A stretch of DNA of 62,050 nucleotides, the filler included, from Sphacelaria rigidula (lineage: Eukaryota): assembly GCA_964200075.2 (NCBI GenBank). It is 10 parts of 10 records of this genome, joined end to end, with 100 filler letters (N's around TTAATTAATTAA, not from the genome) between each part and the next. Parts side by side here need not be neighbours in the genome. Positions count along the whole stretch, not along the records: positions 43,508 to 49,622 come from CAXNAA020022125.1; positions 49,723 to 55,836 come from CAXNAA020022126.1; positions 55,937 to 62,050 come from CAXNAA020022127.1; 7 more parts are not named here. One strand, given 5' to 3'. A model generated the notes under the pieces. The model ran no database searches and had not been told where the DNA came from. It saw only the letters and a program-made list of their open reading frames with translations. The translations under genes were made by a program, and so were the position numbers. Within the stretch, counting starts at the first letter, position 1, and every line of letters starts with the position of its first letter. Positions 49,536-62,050 of this stretch are shown here, one piece after another.

Positions 49536-50759
49536 AATAAACAGCCGATTTTCGAAAATGGGGTTGAAAAAAATGAGGTTCAACTCAAAAGTCGTGCTTT
49601 CCCTGACCTAAATTCATGATAANNNNNNNNNNNNNNNNNNNNNNNNNNNNNNNNNNNNNNNNNNNNTTAATTAATTAANNNNNNNNNNNNNNNNNNNNNN
49701 NNNNNNNNNNNNNNNNNNNNNNCCCATTGTACAGTCTGCGCCGTTCGCTTCAAGCGGTTTTGCTCTAATCCGGAATCCGGCCGGTATCCATCTCCGTTTC
49801 CGAGCAGCAAATTGCAGATCCGGCAACGGTCTGATGTTGTCTCCGCATGATGCCGTTCGGGCTGGTGTGTCGGCAAGGTGTTCACCCATGTTCGCTGGAT
49901 CTTTCTGAGCTCCGGCACACAAGCGACCTGTATGCATCGTTGGATTTTCCGGGTCTTCGGACCGACCAGCAGTTGTGGCTGCTCGGCGTAACTTGTGCTG
50001 AGACGGCGGTACGGTCACCACTTCACAAAAAAAGGTCACCACTTCACAAAAGAGGATCAACAGGAAAGCAAAAAGGGTGAATATAACGTTTCAGCAGAGG
50101 GCAGGGTGTACCCTCCTGGTTTGCTTACAAAAAAGGGTACTCTCACAGGCTCTCGTTTTCGGCGCCGTAGTTCAGCCCAGTAACACTTGTGAAGATGAAA
50201 AAAATGGACGGGCATGCTGCCCAGACACCTTGGGCGTGAGGCTTGGGTGCTGAAACGTGTCTTCGAGGTGTTCAGCCAGCGTGCAGCGCCGCGCCCCAAA
50301 GCGAAAAAAGCGTCAACCTTTTTTGTTCCAAAAGCACTAGGGTGTACCCTTTTTGTATATTGCCCTTCTTTTTTTTTCACAACCCGATAAAAAGTTGAAA
50401 ATCCTTTCAAGCATTCTTCATATTCAAAAGCGCATTGGACTCGACGTATTTGTACTCGCTGCGCTTTGACACCTGCCCCTTGGGTACCGTTGCACTGGAA
50501 GCTTTTGCGTTGCGAAGGTCCGACGCCATTTGATAGATCTCAGTTTTTCTCACGTCTCGGCAGACGTTCAAAGTAGTTCGAGTTCGCTTGGCCCAGTAAC
50601 ATATTTCAATCAGATTTGTGGCGGCTGTATCGGGAGTAAACCATATCCATACTTCCCCAGGATATCTACCTGTGCTTTTACTTGCATCGGGAATGAACCT
50701 ATATCCATACTTACCCAGGATATGTACCTATGCTCGTACCTGCATCGGGTTTATCCACA

Positions 50760-51180
50760 AGGGTACACCCTAACCCCGGGTAGGGGTATACGGTGCTTAT
50801 AGAAGGTACATAACTATCGGGTAGGGATATGAAAGTCTTACAGAAGTTACAGAACTGTCGGGTGCCAGTGTAAAAGTCTCCCGGAAGTTATAGAAAGTCT
50901 TCCAGAAGCCTCAAAAATTGTCGTGTAGGATATGAAGGTTGCACAAAACGAATGTACCCGCCACCAGGCATTTCTTATAGGGGTATATGCCCGTGACCCC
51001 GGTAAGGATACGGGAGGCTTACAGAACTCACAAAACGATCGGGTAGGAGTATGAAAGTCTTGCAGAACCTACAGAGCTTACAGAACTTACAGAAGTGTCG
51101 GGTACTGGTGTAAAAGTCTTACCTAAGTCACAGAGCGTTTGGGTACGGGCAATACTCGGGAAGATACCCCAGGTATACAA
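50760..51180 (-). repeat. Second copy of the minisatellite-containing element
   Basis: Ends CCTAACCCCGGGTAGGGGTA and ATACCCCAGGTATACA are reverse complements of the ends of 5221-5722. Confidence 0.78.
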
Positions 51181-51570
51181 GAAGCGGCACCCTGCGGAGC
51201 GCAACCTTTGGAAAATTGGACGGTAACCGATTGGTATCGGGTTGAATTTCTCAAATACGAATACGCACGTACGACATAAGGTAATACACACATATGTATA
51301 TATACAAGGATCGTATATATTTATATACAAGGATCGGACGGGGCCGCCGCCGAAAAAAAACAAAAAACGAACCGACAAATCGGCTGTTGAATTAACCGAA
51401 CCCCAAATCCCGGGAAATCGAATCTCAGGAACACAGAAAGGTCAAAATGAAAAATGTCGCAGAGTGACGGGGAGCTGAAGGGGTTTGTGAAGTGTACTGT
51501 TTTAAGAGTAAGTCTCATTGTCCCGCTTGCACGGGAGCGTTCAAACGTAATCTTAGTCAGACATATATGC

Positions 51571-51860
51571 CGCGCCCCGGTGGTCCAACGGTCCAACTGT
51601 CACAATCAAGGTGGAGGAAACATGGGTTCGATTCCTCGATGCGTTGGGTTCCTTTTTCGGACTATCTGATTCCCACCGTCGAAAGCGTGAGTACGTGAGG
51701 TGAATAAACGAAAAATACTTGACTGACTTTGTTCGACGAGTGTTGACGCTGTGCGAGTGTGCTTCCCAATCCGCGAGACCTAAGTGCTAGGCGTGTGCCA
51801 TGGAGAGACGGGTTGATCCCTTCCGACCACATACTCGTCCCGAGGAAGGGGAGGGTTCAA
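51571..51860 (+). mobile_element. tRNA-derived SINE
   Basis: A-box TGGTCCAACGG and B-box GGTTCGATTCC. The body (CCAATCCGCGAGA...GGGTTGATCCCTT...GTCCCGA) is shared with 21370-21650(-), ~47160-47270 and ~54760-54890. Confidence 0.72.
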
Positions 51861-54318
51861 AATGTGACAAAAAAGACATACAGGGCGGCATATGTGCGCA
51901 TCCAGATTTAGGTTCGGCAAATCTGGGCAAATATCTATATTTATCTGGGCGAGAGCACATAGCAGGTTCGCCAGGAACATGAAAAATAACTGGATTTGAA
52001 GAGTCACGTTAACCGCGACCCAGGGCACATGACACCCCTGCTCCAGTTTCCGTGGTCGAATATATGAGAATCGGAGCAAACGAAGAGTTCGAAACCTTGC
52101 CAGATGTTTGGGAGTTCGAAGCATATTCCCCAAACGTGCGGAGGTATTCTGCAAGTTTCCAAACAATTTTCCCAAATGTTGTTGAGTACTCCGCCAGTTT
52201 GAGACGAATTCCCAAACGTTGGCAGAACACCTACGTATTCATATAGAACGTGGCGTGTTCCAGATCAAATATCTGAAACACGCATAACTTGCTTGGTTCT
52301 GTCGGACGAGTGTTTTTTACGGCGTGTGAAGCAGCCTATAATGTAATAAGATAGAACAGTACCACAAACGCAAGGGCAGGTTCTTTCACAACCCAATCGC
52401 AGAGTCGAACGGGACGAAACACGCCAACAACACAGTACAACACAGCAAAGCAAAGCACAGCACAGCACAGCAGCCAAAAGACAGTACGGCGTAAACGGGA
52501 TGATGCAAAAACGCCCACTCGCCACTGGAGGAGCACACGTTCACTCTGGCCCGATCGCGCGAACACGCGCCGAACATTTGTCGCCCTTATGCTGCCCCCC
52601 CACAGTACCACCGACTGACTTGCGGTGCTGGGCCACCCTTACTCCACTGATTGCACTCTACCACACTGCGAAGCCAAACGTCGATGCAGTGTAGAGCACA
52701 ACAGTGCAGTGCAGTACAACCGTGCACTGTTGTTAATAGTAGTAAGGATACCACAACTCGTGCAACCGTGTAGAACCGTGTTTGAAGCGGTGTTCCTGTG
52801 GGTTACTTGTTCTCCATGAACTGCAGTTCATGATCAAAGTGGCGCAAGCATGGGTACGGTAACCCGCTCCACTTTTACTAGACAGGACTGCCATGTAGAG
52901 TACTTGTAAAAAAGTCGATTGTTGCAAAGTTCGTTCGGCTGGGTCGAATGATGAGGGGACTGGTCACCATCGGCAACATATGGGCAGATATGGGCGTAGT
53001 CAACTTGAACCCTCATGTACCCTTGCCTGCATGATCGTGTACTGTATGTGACGGTGCATATCACCCCTCAGGTGATTACTTTTGTAGCTGAATCTTTTTC
53101 ATGAACTGCGGCGGCCACACACTTAAAAGTTGTATAGTTGGAAAGATCTTGATGAGATCTTTCCGCAAATAGGATTATTTGCCAGCTAGGGGCCATTTCT
53201 TGTGGAGTAAATAGAGGGTGACAAAAGTCGTCACCCAGGGGTGCTATACACCGTCACCTCCGGCGTATAGGTGTGCTCTGGATCAACGGGAATGGCATGG
53301 AGCTGTCCATCATGGTATGTCACGTACGTTGCTCCCGGTGTCGAAGTCTATAGAAAGTACGGTCAGTCGTGGGACCACTTTCTCCAACCCCAACTCTAGC
53401 TGGCATGTCTATTTGTGTGATGGACTCGGGCCAACCTCCCCTTTGTCCGAATCCCAACAGACAACATAGCACAACCTAAAAAAGAGAAGATTCGGCCGAT
53501 GAATACCGTACCTGAATGATTCCGGCATCGACCCCTTCCTGCCACCCCCTTCACCCATCATCGTTCGCGGTGCTTGCGCTGCCTGGTGACCATTTCGTTC
53601 ACACTCGGCGTCCATCCCAGAGGCGAACACCCAAAGCAAAAAACTAGGGCTGCGGTCCTGTTTCCGTATGGTACACGAGATGTGTATCCCTCGTTTTACC
53701 GAACAGTCATTTCATCTCTGCACAACTGCTCTAACCTGGCCATAACTGAGGTTTTGATAGGTCCACATCAGGTTCTCGCAGAACATTGTTCTCTTGCGGA
53801 GTTTTGGTGGCATGCACCCTGCTCCGTCGGAGATCGACCGCGTCCAGCACATCAACTGTCATATGCAATGGGTTAATCTTTGTGATGAGACTATCCCACG
53901 TATTTAGCATACTGGGAAAGGTGCGCAGTTGTAATAGCAGCGGCAGCAACTTGCAGTTGACGAATAGTCACGACAGCGACCACACGGCAACAGCGTCTGT
54001 ACATGCAGCTGGCTGTCGTTGTCTCGGTCACCAAAAAAAAAACTGTTTTTTCTATCTGCGGTCTAATTAGTTTTTACCCGCACGTTATTCGCGTGTTCAC
54101 TGGTACATGCCGCTGGCAGATGTGTGTGTTTAAACGATACACTGGGAAGCAACAAACAGCGGTCCAGGACCGAGGTATACCCAAAACACTGTCTCCGTAC
54201 TGCAGACGATACAGGCAGTAGCCGCAACTGGGTTAGTGCCCATGGTTGGCATCCCGCAAGCCGGAACGAAACCGCGGGGCAATTGCACGGTATGTTGCGC
54301 TTCGCAAATGGGGGCTTC

Positions 54319-55560
54319 GTTCCGATCTCGGGGCTGGTGTCACGGTCAAGCTAGNNNNNNNNNNCGTTCTGTCACCAACGGGCGGTTGTCGCGTCATCGA
54401 TGCTTGGTTCAAGCAACGGATACAGAACTGGCGGCGACGCATACACGACCGGGATCAGAGCACCATTAGCGTTCAGGGCTACGGTTGTTGGGGGTGGATG
54501 TTTGCCTTTGAGGCACGCAGACCCCTAGAATACAAAGTAGATCGCTACGATGACCATGTATTGACAGTAATGCCCTGGGAGCAAAGGGTGTACCACGAGC
54601 ATGGGTGGCCGACTACCATCAAATTGTTCATTATTTCACACCCTGGACGATGAATTCCACAGTGAAAATACGTACTGCGTACAGCATGGAATATTTTGCT
54701 TGTTGTCACAGGTGCGATAGTCTATATTACACGCAGTACACTTTTTGATTCAGGGTGCGCATTATTCGACGGGAGTTAACGCGGGGCGGGCGTGGTGACC
54801 CAATCCGCTAGACCCTCAATGCAAAGCGTGTACCGGAGGAGGGATGGGTTGATCCCTTGAGACCACGGACGCGTCCCGAATATGACTTGGGTACGTCTAT
54901 GATGTGATCACGGCTGCTGGATTCCTGGGGGGTCAGTTAAAGTACGACAATCAGTCCAATCACATCAAATCAAGATGGCCTGAGCCCCTAGACCGCGAGG
55001 ATAGTCCATCCGGATAATGCATATTTCTTCCAAGTTAAATTTATGCTGATTCAACACCAGACCTACTCTCGTCATCAAAGGGTTGACCCCTGAGACCGCG
55101 ATGCGGATACAGTAGTACATCTGAACCACGCACACATTTTTCGAGTAAACCTTATGCCGATTCAGCTCGTGACCTGTACCCTCGAGGTCAAGGGGTTAAC
55201 CCGCTTTCGAAAAATACGTGTGTACACCCGAGTTGTTAAGATCGCGATACTGTACAGGATCACAGGCGAGAGGGTGGTCTCGTCCACAACGTGTTGGTGC
55301 TTATTACAGTAGCCATCAAGAAGTGGCAGTTGTGCAATGAATTACTTCGATTTGAATGTTATACATGGTGCAAGCGATTTGACGGCTGACGTTCGTCTCA
55401 CAAGTTTTCTGCCTGAACGCTTAGTGTTCTGATCCCGGTCGTGTATGCGTCGCCGCCAGTTCTGTATCCGTTGCTTGAACCAAGCATCGATGACGCGACA
55501 ACCGCCCGTTGGTGACGGAAGAGCCTAGCTTGACCGTGACACCAGCCCCGAGATCGGAAC
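54319..55560. repeat. ~150-bp near-identical inverted repeat pair (54319-~54477 and ~55412-55560)
   Basis: Arms are near-perfect reverse complements. The left arm contains a 10-N gap. Confidence 0.85.
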
Positions 55561-57790
55561 AGTACGGTGTTGCACAACCTCCCGTATCACAAGAGACCGA
55601 CGCGTTGTGAGTTGTGAGTCCAGATGTCGTGTCGATGCGAAGAGACTCGGGTACCATTTCCGGGGAGGGAAAGGGGCGTGGTCGTTGTGGCGACCGTGAA
55701 CGGCAAATGAGCGGGAGAAGAGCCGGATGTGTAGGTGCCATGGTTGGAGTTGGCGCGTAGACGGCCCGGTACGGTGTAGAGAGCGATGGCCTAGCAGAGG
55801 TACGTTCTCGGTCGATCGGTGGCCCAGATAAGGTACNNNNNNNNNNNNNNNNNNNNNNNNNNNNNNNNNNNNNNNNNNNNTTAATTAATTAANNNNNNNN
55901 NNNNNNNNNNNNNNNNNNNNNNNNNNNNNNNNNNNNAAAAGTGTACCCCTACCGTAGCATTGCTCTCTCCTACTATTGTCTGGTACCCGCCACACTCAAC
56001 AATGGACGTTATGTCGTCTTGGTTTCCCCTCGTGCCCTTCCATGTTCTGTCGATGACGCTACCCCCACCTTATTTCCCCCCAGAGGGGGGGGGGGGGCGG
56101 GGCACCCGTGATGTTTCATGCCGTAGTTATATGACCATTGATCTAGCATCCCTACAAAGCCGGGACTGAGCAAGCAGGATTTTCGCCGGACCAGGCTCGC
56201 AATCATCAAGCGCGAAGCGCTGTGGTGTGTTCGGTGAGTCGCACGAAGGGTGATGAGCTGCATCCTGCTAAGGTTGCTCGGTTCGAAGAGTTTGGAGGCA
56301 AGCTACTTGCACTGAGTACTGTGTATACGTGAACGGCGTCACTTGATTTTAGAATAGCGGACGACGTAAGGTACTTGATCAGGGTGTCGGTGAAACAAGT
56401 CACCTTATTTAGACTGGCTGAGGCGAGTGATCTCAAGCGAGTATACGTGAACCGCGTCACTTCATTTTTGGATAGCCGAAACGAGTTACTTAATCTTGGA
56501 GAGGGGAGGCAAGTTAGCTGATCTGAGTACAAGTACAGGATATCAACCACGTCACTAGGTTGTAGAATGCCTGAGGCACGTTGCTTGATCTGAGCACATT
56601 GGTGAAATAACTCACTTGATATTCGAGAAGCTGAGTGAGGTGATTTGATCGTCAAGTTGGCACATGGTTGGGAAGGCAAGCTACGTCAACTATGTACAGC
56701 TGCTGCGACAGGCTGCGGCGTAAGGGAGTATTTGAGTATTTGCAGCGGCACTCGAAAACGCGGCGAGATTTTTACTGTTTTTGAAACCGCCAAAAACGCG
56801 GCGAGACTCTCGTTATCCCGACAACGCGTGGACACTGGACGGCGCGAGCACACAACAGACCCATGGCCTCTACCGAGGGTGGAGCAGCGGGTGCGGCAGC
56901 ACCGCTCTTCAACCAACATACGTGCTTAGGTGGAAGTAGCATCTGAGTGATGCTAGGTGCACCCCTATTGTCTTAGGATTGAATGGGTAGGAGCCCTTTC
57001 CCATCCAAAGAACGACTTCTAGACTGCTGTGATTGGCAGTCGCACCATTGCGTGGTGGATCGGCCGCGGTTGCTGCTGCTACACATCAACCAGAGATAGT
57101 TGAGATATCCAAGGATTGTACAGGCAGCTAGCTGTACGAAATGTCGGCCTAAACTTCTACTTGTTCACAGCAATGAAGTGATTGCGCCAAGATGTGTACC
57201 AACATCTGTCCACAGGCAACCGAGTAGACATGTCATTAAATCAACACTTGTTCTCAGGAAACTAATTCAAATGACTCCCTCGTTCCTCGGGCCGAAAAAT
57301 TATCTGAAGACGGCTACAATACATGTATCGCCCACTTTTGCATCCAGTACTTGTCTACAGGCAAACGGTTGCACAAGATGTTTTTGATACGTAGGGTTCT
57401 CATCCAGTTGTAGTTGTCTACAGGTATTTCGCTAATTGAGAATCTTCACCAAGATGTAGTTGCTCACGGGTATTTCGCCGCGCTTGTTAGTTTCGTGAAA
57501 TAACGATCACTGCCAACAAGACAAGGACAGGCAACGAGGTGCACCGTAATTTTAATCTAAGCCGCCAAATGGTCGATAGAAAAACTGTTGCACGGCAGTT
57601 TCGCCCGCTGCAACTGCACATCTCGGGCAAGCGTAGTCTGATTGATAGAGGTATCCCAAACTCGAGGGCCCTGGTATATTCCACAATAATTTACAGTCAA
57701 ATATTCCGGGAACCTCGAGTTTGAGATGCCTCTGATTTTCATTGATTGTCACGCATTACCTGACCCCCGAGAGATCGAGCGGTGGTTACA

Positions 57791-58046
57791 GAGTGATGCT
57801 ACGGTACGGGTGCAAAAATGTTTATTGGGGTTGTAATTGTTAGGGGCCCTTGATCTGATGCAAAACACCACTTATGAAATATGTAAAGGTACGCCAGTAT
57901 CACTACTCCATTGTACTGGGGATATCCCGAATAATTTTGTAAACGGGGATACCCTGACCCATATTCTTGTGCATCTGGAATCGTTCGGAGCCCCTGAACT
58001 AGACAGTACTACGCGGAAAAAGTGTATTCCTACCGTAGTATTGCTC
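57791..58046 (+). mobile_element. Sola-like MITE
   Basis: Same TIRs; 4-bp TSD TACA. Partial copies at 55937-55965 and 61990-62050. Confidence 0.85.
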
Positions 58047-59009
58047 TACACCATAGATGTACCCGAGACAAAACAAACCTGAAACAATCGCTGGAGGAAA
58101 AACGAGAAAAAGAAGAGGTATAAGGGTTACTTGTCAACTTTTGTTTTTTTGGGGGGGTTGATCTTAGAATCGGTTTTCTTGTTCCAAGCCGGCTTGATAT
58201 ATAATCATGAGTGTATGTTGTATTGACGTGCCATCTATTCCGGACGCTGGTCTCCACCTTTCGGTATATGTGGGCGCACCAGCCGGGTCACACAGGAGGA
58301 AGGCCAACACCAGGAGTTTTTTTCTGTTTCTTGTTTGTTCTAGATATCCGCCTTTCTCTTGCGGTGTCATGATTGGTTCATATAAATCAACTAGCTCTAA
58401 AACAACACCACGTCAAAAAATCAACTAATAATCATGACTACTTGTTGGTTTCTTCGGTAGCATTTAGGTAGCACGCACGCCAAAAATCGCCTGAATATTG
58501 TCGGTGGGAAAATGTAGAGCACACGAGCACGCATAAGCAAGCCCACAGCAGCAGCACAGTAGTCTTGTGTTCGATATTTTAGCTCAACCTGCTTCATCGG
58601 TACTCAAACACCCCCATCTTTTTGCACCACTGCCGCTGTGTTTTACTTCGAAGCACTCTCAAATATGATGAAACATCTTCGTCACAAACCTGTCTCAACA
58701 AAAAGAAGCGGTGTTACTACCAAGATGGCACTCGCGCATCGATTAAGCTCCTTGTTGAATATCAGCAGCTTATAATATATTACTCCGTATATATGAGGAA
58801 GGCATATCGCTAGGGTAGAGAGAGACGTAAGGGGGGGACGGTACTCCGAGGCTGGCAATGATTTCTTTTTGTGATACATGTAGCCAACGAGTGGGCCAGA
58901 CGCGAGTCTGATCACCCGATCGTTTACAGATCTCGGACAATCAGATCCTGGGCGCAGCTCGCATGAAATGTGCCTCAACCAGGCGCTTTGGACTACCGTC
59001 CCGCAGCGG

Positions 59010-60012
59010 TCGCTAACCCTTGGACCGCGAGGGTAGTCCTCTGGATCATGCACAATTTATTCAAGTGTAATTCATGCTAATTCAACAGATGACCAATTTT
59101 CGCCATCTAAGGGCTTATCCGTTGACGGTCCGTGTGGGTCATGTGGGTCACGCAGTCATTTTTCAAGTGGAAGTGATGCCGATTCATTCAAAGGCTTACG
59201 CTCGCCGTCCATCCGGATCATGAATACTTTCTTCAAGTAAAATCGGTGCCGATTTAATGGATGACCTACTCTCGCTGTCCAAGGGTTAACCCTTAGACCA
59301 CGGTGCGGGTAGTCCATCTGGAACACGCGTACTTGATTTAAGTGAAAATTGATGCCGATTCAGCAGGTGACCTACCCTCGCGGTCTCAAGGGTTAACCCT
59401 CAGACAGCGAGAGTAGGTCATCTGTTGAATCGGCATCAATTTCACTGGAAAAAAGTATGCATGATCCAGAAAGACTACCCTCGCGGTCGAAGGGTTAAAC
59501 CTAGACCCTTCGACCGCGAGCGACGGTCCGTCACTTTGTGATTCGGGATCATTTTCACTTCTTTTTAACCCTTTGACCGCGAGGGTAGGTTACCTGCTGA
59601 ATCGGCATCAGTGTGTCACTGAAAAACATTTGTGGGTGATTCAGATGGACTGCCCGCACTGTGCTTAACCTTGGACAGCGAGAGTAGATCATCTGTTAAA
59701 TCGTCACCAATTTCACTTGAGAAAAGTATGCATGATCCAAATGGACTGCCCTCAGCGTCTAAGGGCTAAGTAACAGTGATGTCGATTCACAAAGGGTTAA
59801 CCATTTCCCCGCCAGGATACGCCATCTGTTGAGTCGGCATCATTTTGCCTCACTATTCGAATGTAAATTGTGCCGACTTAACATATCACCTACCCCAGCA
59901 ACCTGAGGATTAACTCTTAGACCACGAGGGTAGTCCATATGGATCATTAATATTTTTTCGAGAGAATTTGATGCCGGCTCAACAGATGACCTATTCTGGC
60001 TGTCCAAGGGCC
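59010..60012. mobile_element. Cluster of ~9-10 piggyBac-like MITEs in tandem, inverted and nested arrangement
   Basis: Repeated ~100-bp units joined at AAGGG-TTAA-CCCT junctions (e.g. ~59286, ~59393) with core GAATCGGCATCAATTTCACT(T/G)GA. Confidence 0.85.
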
Positions 60013-60098
60013 TGATCAATTGACATAGACTTGGGAAATTTGACAAAACAAGAATGGGTGCATGTTCTGTCTGGTTGTTGCTCATCCTATTTTCTCAC

Positions 60099-61057
60099 CT
60101 TCCTGGAGATCCGTTCAGCAAACGTTTTTGGCCCGTCATTTTTGCAAGTGACCACGGCGGGATTCGTGGCGAGCCATTTGTGCATGCCGACCGATCCACC
60201 ATCTATAGTACTGTACCAGTGTAGCTCCTTCCGTACACAGTCCATATCGACATGAAGCTAGTCGAACGTACGCATTTGTCATTTTTTTTCGTGTTTCATC
60301 GACCCTGCACTTATAGAAACAAGCGCATCACACACCGCAGGACAAGCGATACACACAGGGGAGAGAAGACACGCACCACTCTCAAACTCACCGTTTTTTT
60401 CTTCTCGAGGCCATCCTCAAGAGCTGTGTCACCAGATTGTTGCATGTCTTTATTCGCCTGAACAACATGATCCCCCTGCACAGCATGCAGCATCGGCAAG
60501 GTATCTTCGTCCCACTGGTCCATCGCCGCATTCTCCCGGCAACATAAGAGCCCGAAGGAAGTCCCCGTCCAGCGAGGCGGCTGCTCTTCTGCATCCAGTG
60601 GGGTAACAGCATCTCCTTGCTCGCTTCGATAATCCAAAGCTAAGTTCTCTCCGCCGTTCACGGCCTTATCCACGCCTCCCGCGGGCGACTCTGCGACTAC
60701 TCTACTGGGCATCTTCTTCAACAACAACGGCATCTTCTCCTTCAAGAGTCTGATCTCGTGCATATCAACTTGTAGTTCGCTGTCCGGGTGCAGACCGTTT
60801 TTCTCGATAAATAACACGATCTCGTGGATTCGAGAAGACATATAGTCGATTTCTCGTTTGCACGCTCGCGGGGCATTCGCTGTGCGTTCGGCATTTGTAC
60901 TGGGAGTTGTGCGCGTGAGTGATTTGCTCATCGGCGACCCATCCTCAAGCTGGTGTCCACTTTGCCGCCGCCACTGCCGCTGCTGCTGCTGCTGCTGCTG
61001 CTGTTTTTGTTCCTCGCCGTTCGGCATATACATGATATATGTTATGTTGATCGAGCT
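60099..61057 (-). CDS. Internal exons (61057-60392, 60257-60099) of an unknown protein with a polyQ tract
   Basis: Long open frame with CAG-repeat polyQ. Splice sites ccag|61057, ACG|gtgagt at 60392, ctag|60257 and AAG|gtgag at 60099, all phase 0. Confidence 0.62.
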
Positions 61058-61288
61058 CTGGCTAATATGAAGCGGGTGTTTTGCTCCAATCTACGAACCC
61101 CGTGAGCAGCACCCGACGGTTGTGTGCCAGTGTCATTCAGCAAGGCAGCGTCAGTGAACGCTACGCCGATGAACTGATTACAGCGCGACCTTTGATCGTC
61201 GTTTACCCGACGCCACTCCACTGCTTCGAAAATGATTTTACGAGTACATACAGGAGGGTAGGAGCCGTGAGAGAAATAATAATATGGG

Positions 61289-61402
61289 TTGACCCTTCAA
61301 CCGCCGGAGGTATTCATTTTTGTAGAATCGGCATAATTTTCACTTGAAAAACCAATGTGCCGATTCTACAAAAATGGACACCTCCAGCGGTCAAAGGGGT
61401 CA
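61289..61402. mobile_element. Fold-back MITE (piggyBac-like termini) with ~44-bp arms
   Basis: GACCCTTCAACCGCCGGAGGTATTCATTTTTGTAGAATCGGCA ... TGCCGATTCTACAAAAATGGACACCTCCAGCGGTCAAAGGGGTC. Confidence 0.75.
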
Positions 61403-62050
61403 GGATTCAGGAGAGTATGCCACATGTATCGTACAAATAATTCGGATTTTCCCTACGAAGAACAAGGGACAATATCCCCCTAGTCTGCAGTACGATGAGA
61501 TTTCGAAACTGAAAAATCGGCACAACGAAGAGTTCAGGGATTCTGAGTGCAGAGCCCAGTGAAAATCTAGGAGCCTCTAGCTAGGTTTTTGACGAAGATC
61601 CTCCTGGGTGCATAAGCTCCAGAAGTCTTTACCACCCACACTGACACGGGTTTTCGATATTACAGCCTGGCGCAGCTAGCTGACACACTCTTTCGCCGCA
61701 GGCTTCGGCAGCAGCTGCGCATTGTCGAAGTAACTTGCCTCAGCAAGCAAGTTTCAACCGTCTGATCAAGTAACAACCCCACTCAGCTAGTCTAATAATA
61801 TCACCCGATCACCCGCCGTATTTACGCCAGCGCTGGCCAAAATATAGAACCTGCCAGCAGTCTAGAACTAATCCCACATCGAATTTGTGCAGACCCGCCG
61901 GTCCTACCAACACCATTTTCGAATCCGCCCGTGCGCAACAGAGCCGGCACACCATTTTTGAACCCACCCACCCGAAACAGAGGAGGCACGAGCAATGCTA
62001 CGGTAGGGGTGCACTTTTTTCGCGAAATTTTGTCTGGTTCAGAGGCTCCT

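Noticed and set aside
51571..51650. Functional tRNA gene
   Set aside because: Acceptor and anticodon stems do not pair properly, and it continues into a repeated body, so it is treated as a SINE head.
59010..60012. Possible CRISPR-like repeat array
   Set aside because: Units are ~100-bp TIR elements in mixed orientation without unique spacers. No cas genes, and the context is eukaryotic.

Overview
Repeat-rich, intron-containing eukaryotic nuclear DNA, most likely a brown alga (Phaeophyceae). This is an inference from the EsV-1-7-type Cys repeats, a stramenopile-style bipartite plastid presequence and GT-AG introns. The window is not contiguous: it is ten ~6.1-kb contigs (6116, 6116, 6115 x6, 6114, 6114 bp) joined by artificial 100-nt N/TTAATTAATTAA/N linkers, so nothing can be inferred across linkers. 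Host gene fragments: an EsV-1-7-repeat protein with an Ala/Pro tail, a cNMP-binding-domain protein, a two-exon coiled-coil fragment, a plastid-targeted first exon and a polyQ protein. Mobile DNA: a decayed APE-RT LINE with C-run 3' ends and many truncated copies, a second C-tailed dispersed repeat, a tRNA-derived SINE, piggyBac-like (TTAA), Sola-like (4-bp TSD) and CACTA-like (2-bp TSD) non-autonomous DNA transposons, minisatellites, and a decayed virus-like D5/SF3 helicase. The most striking items are (1) an LTR whose primer-binding site continues into a complete antisense tRNA-His with G-1 and CCA, (2) poly(C)-tailed retroposition with a TSD at a C-run, (3) a virus-like helicase island and (4) chains of piggyBac-like MITEs sharing TTAA sites.
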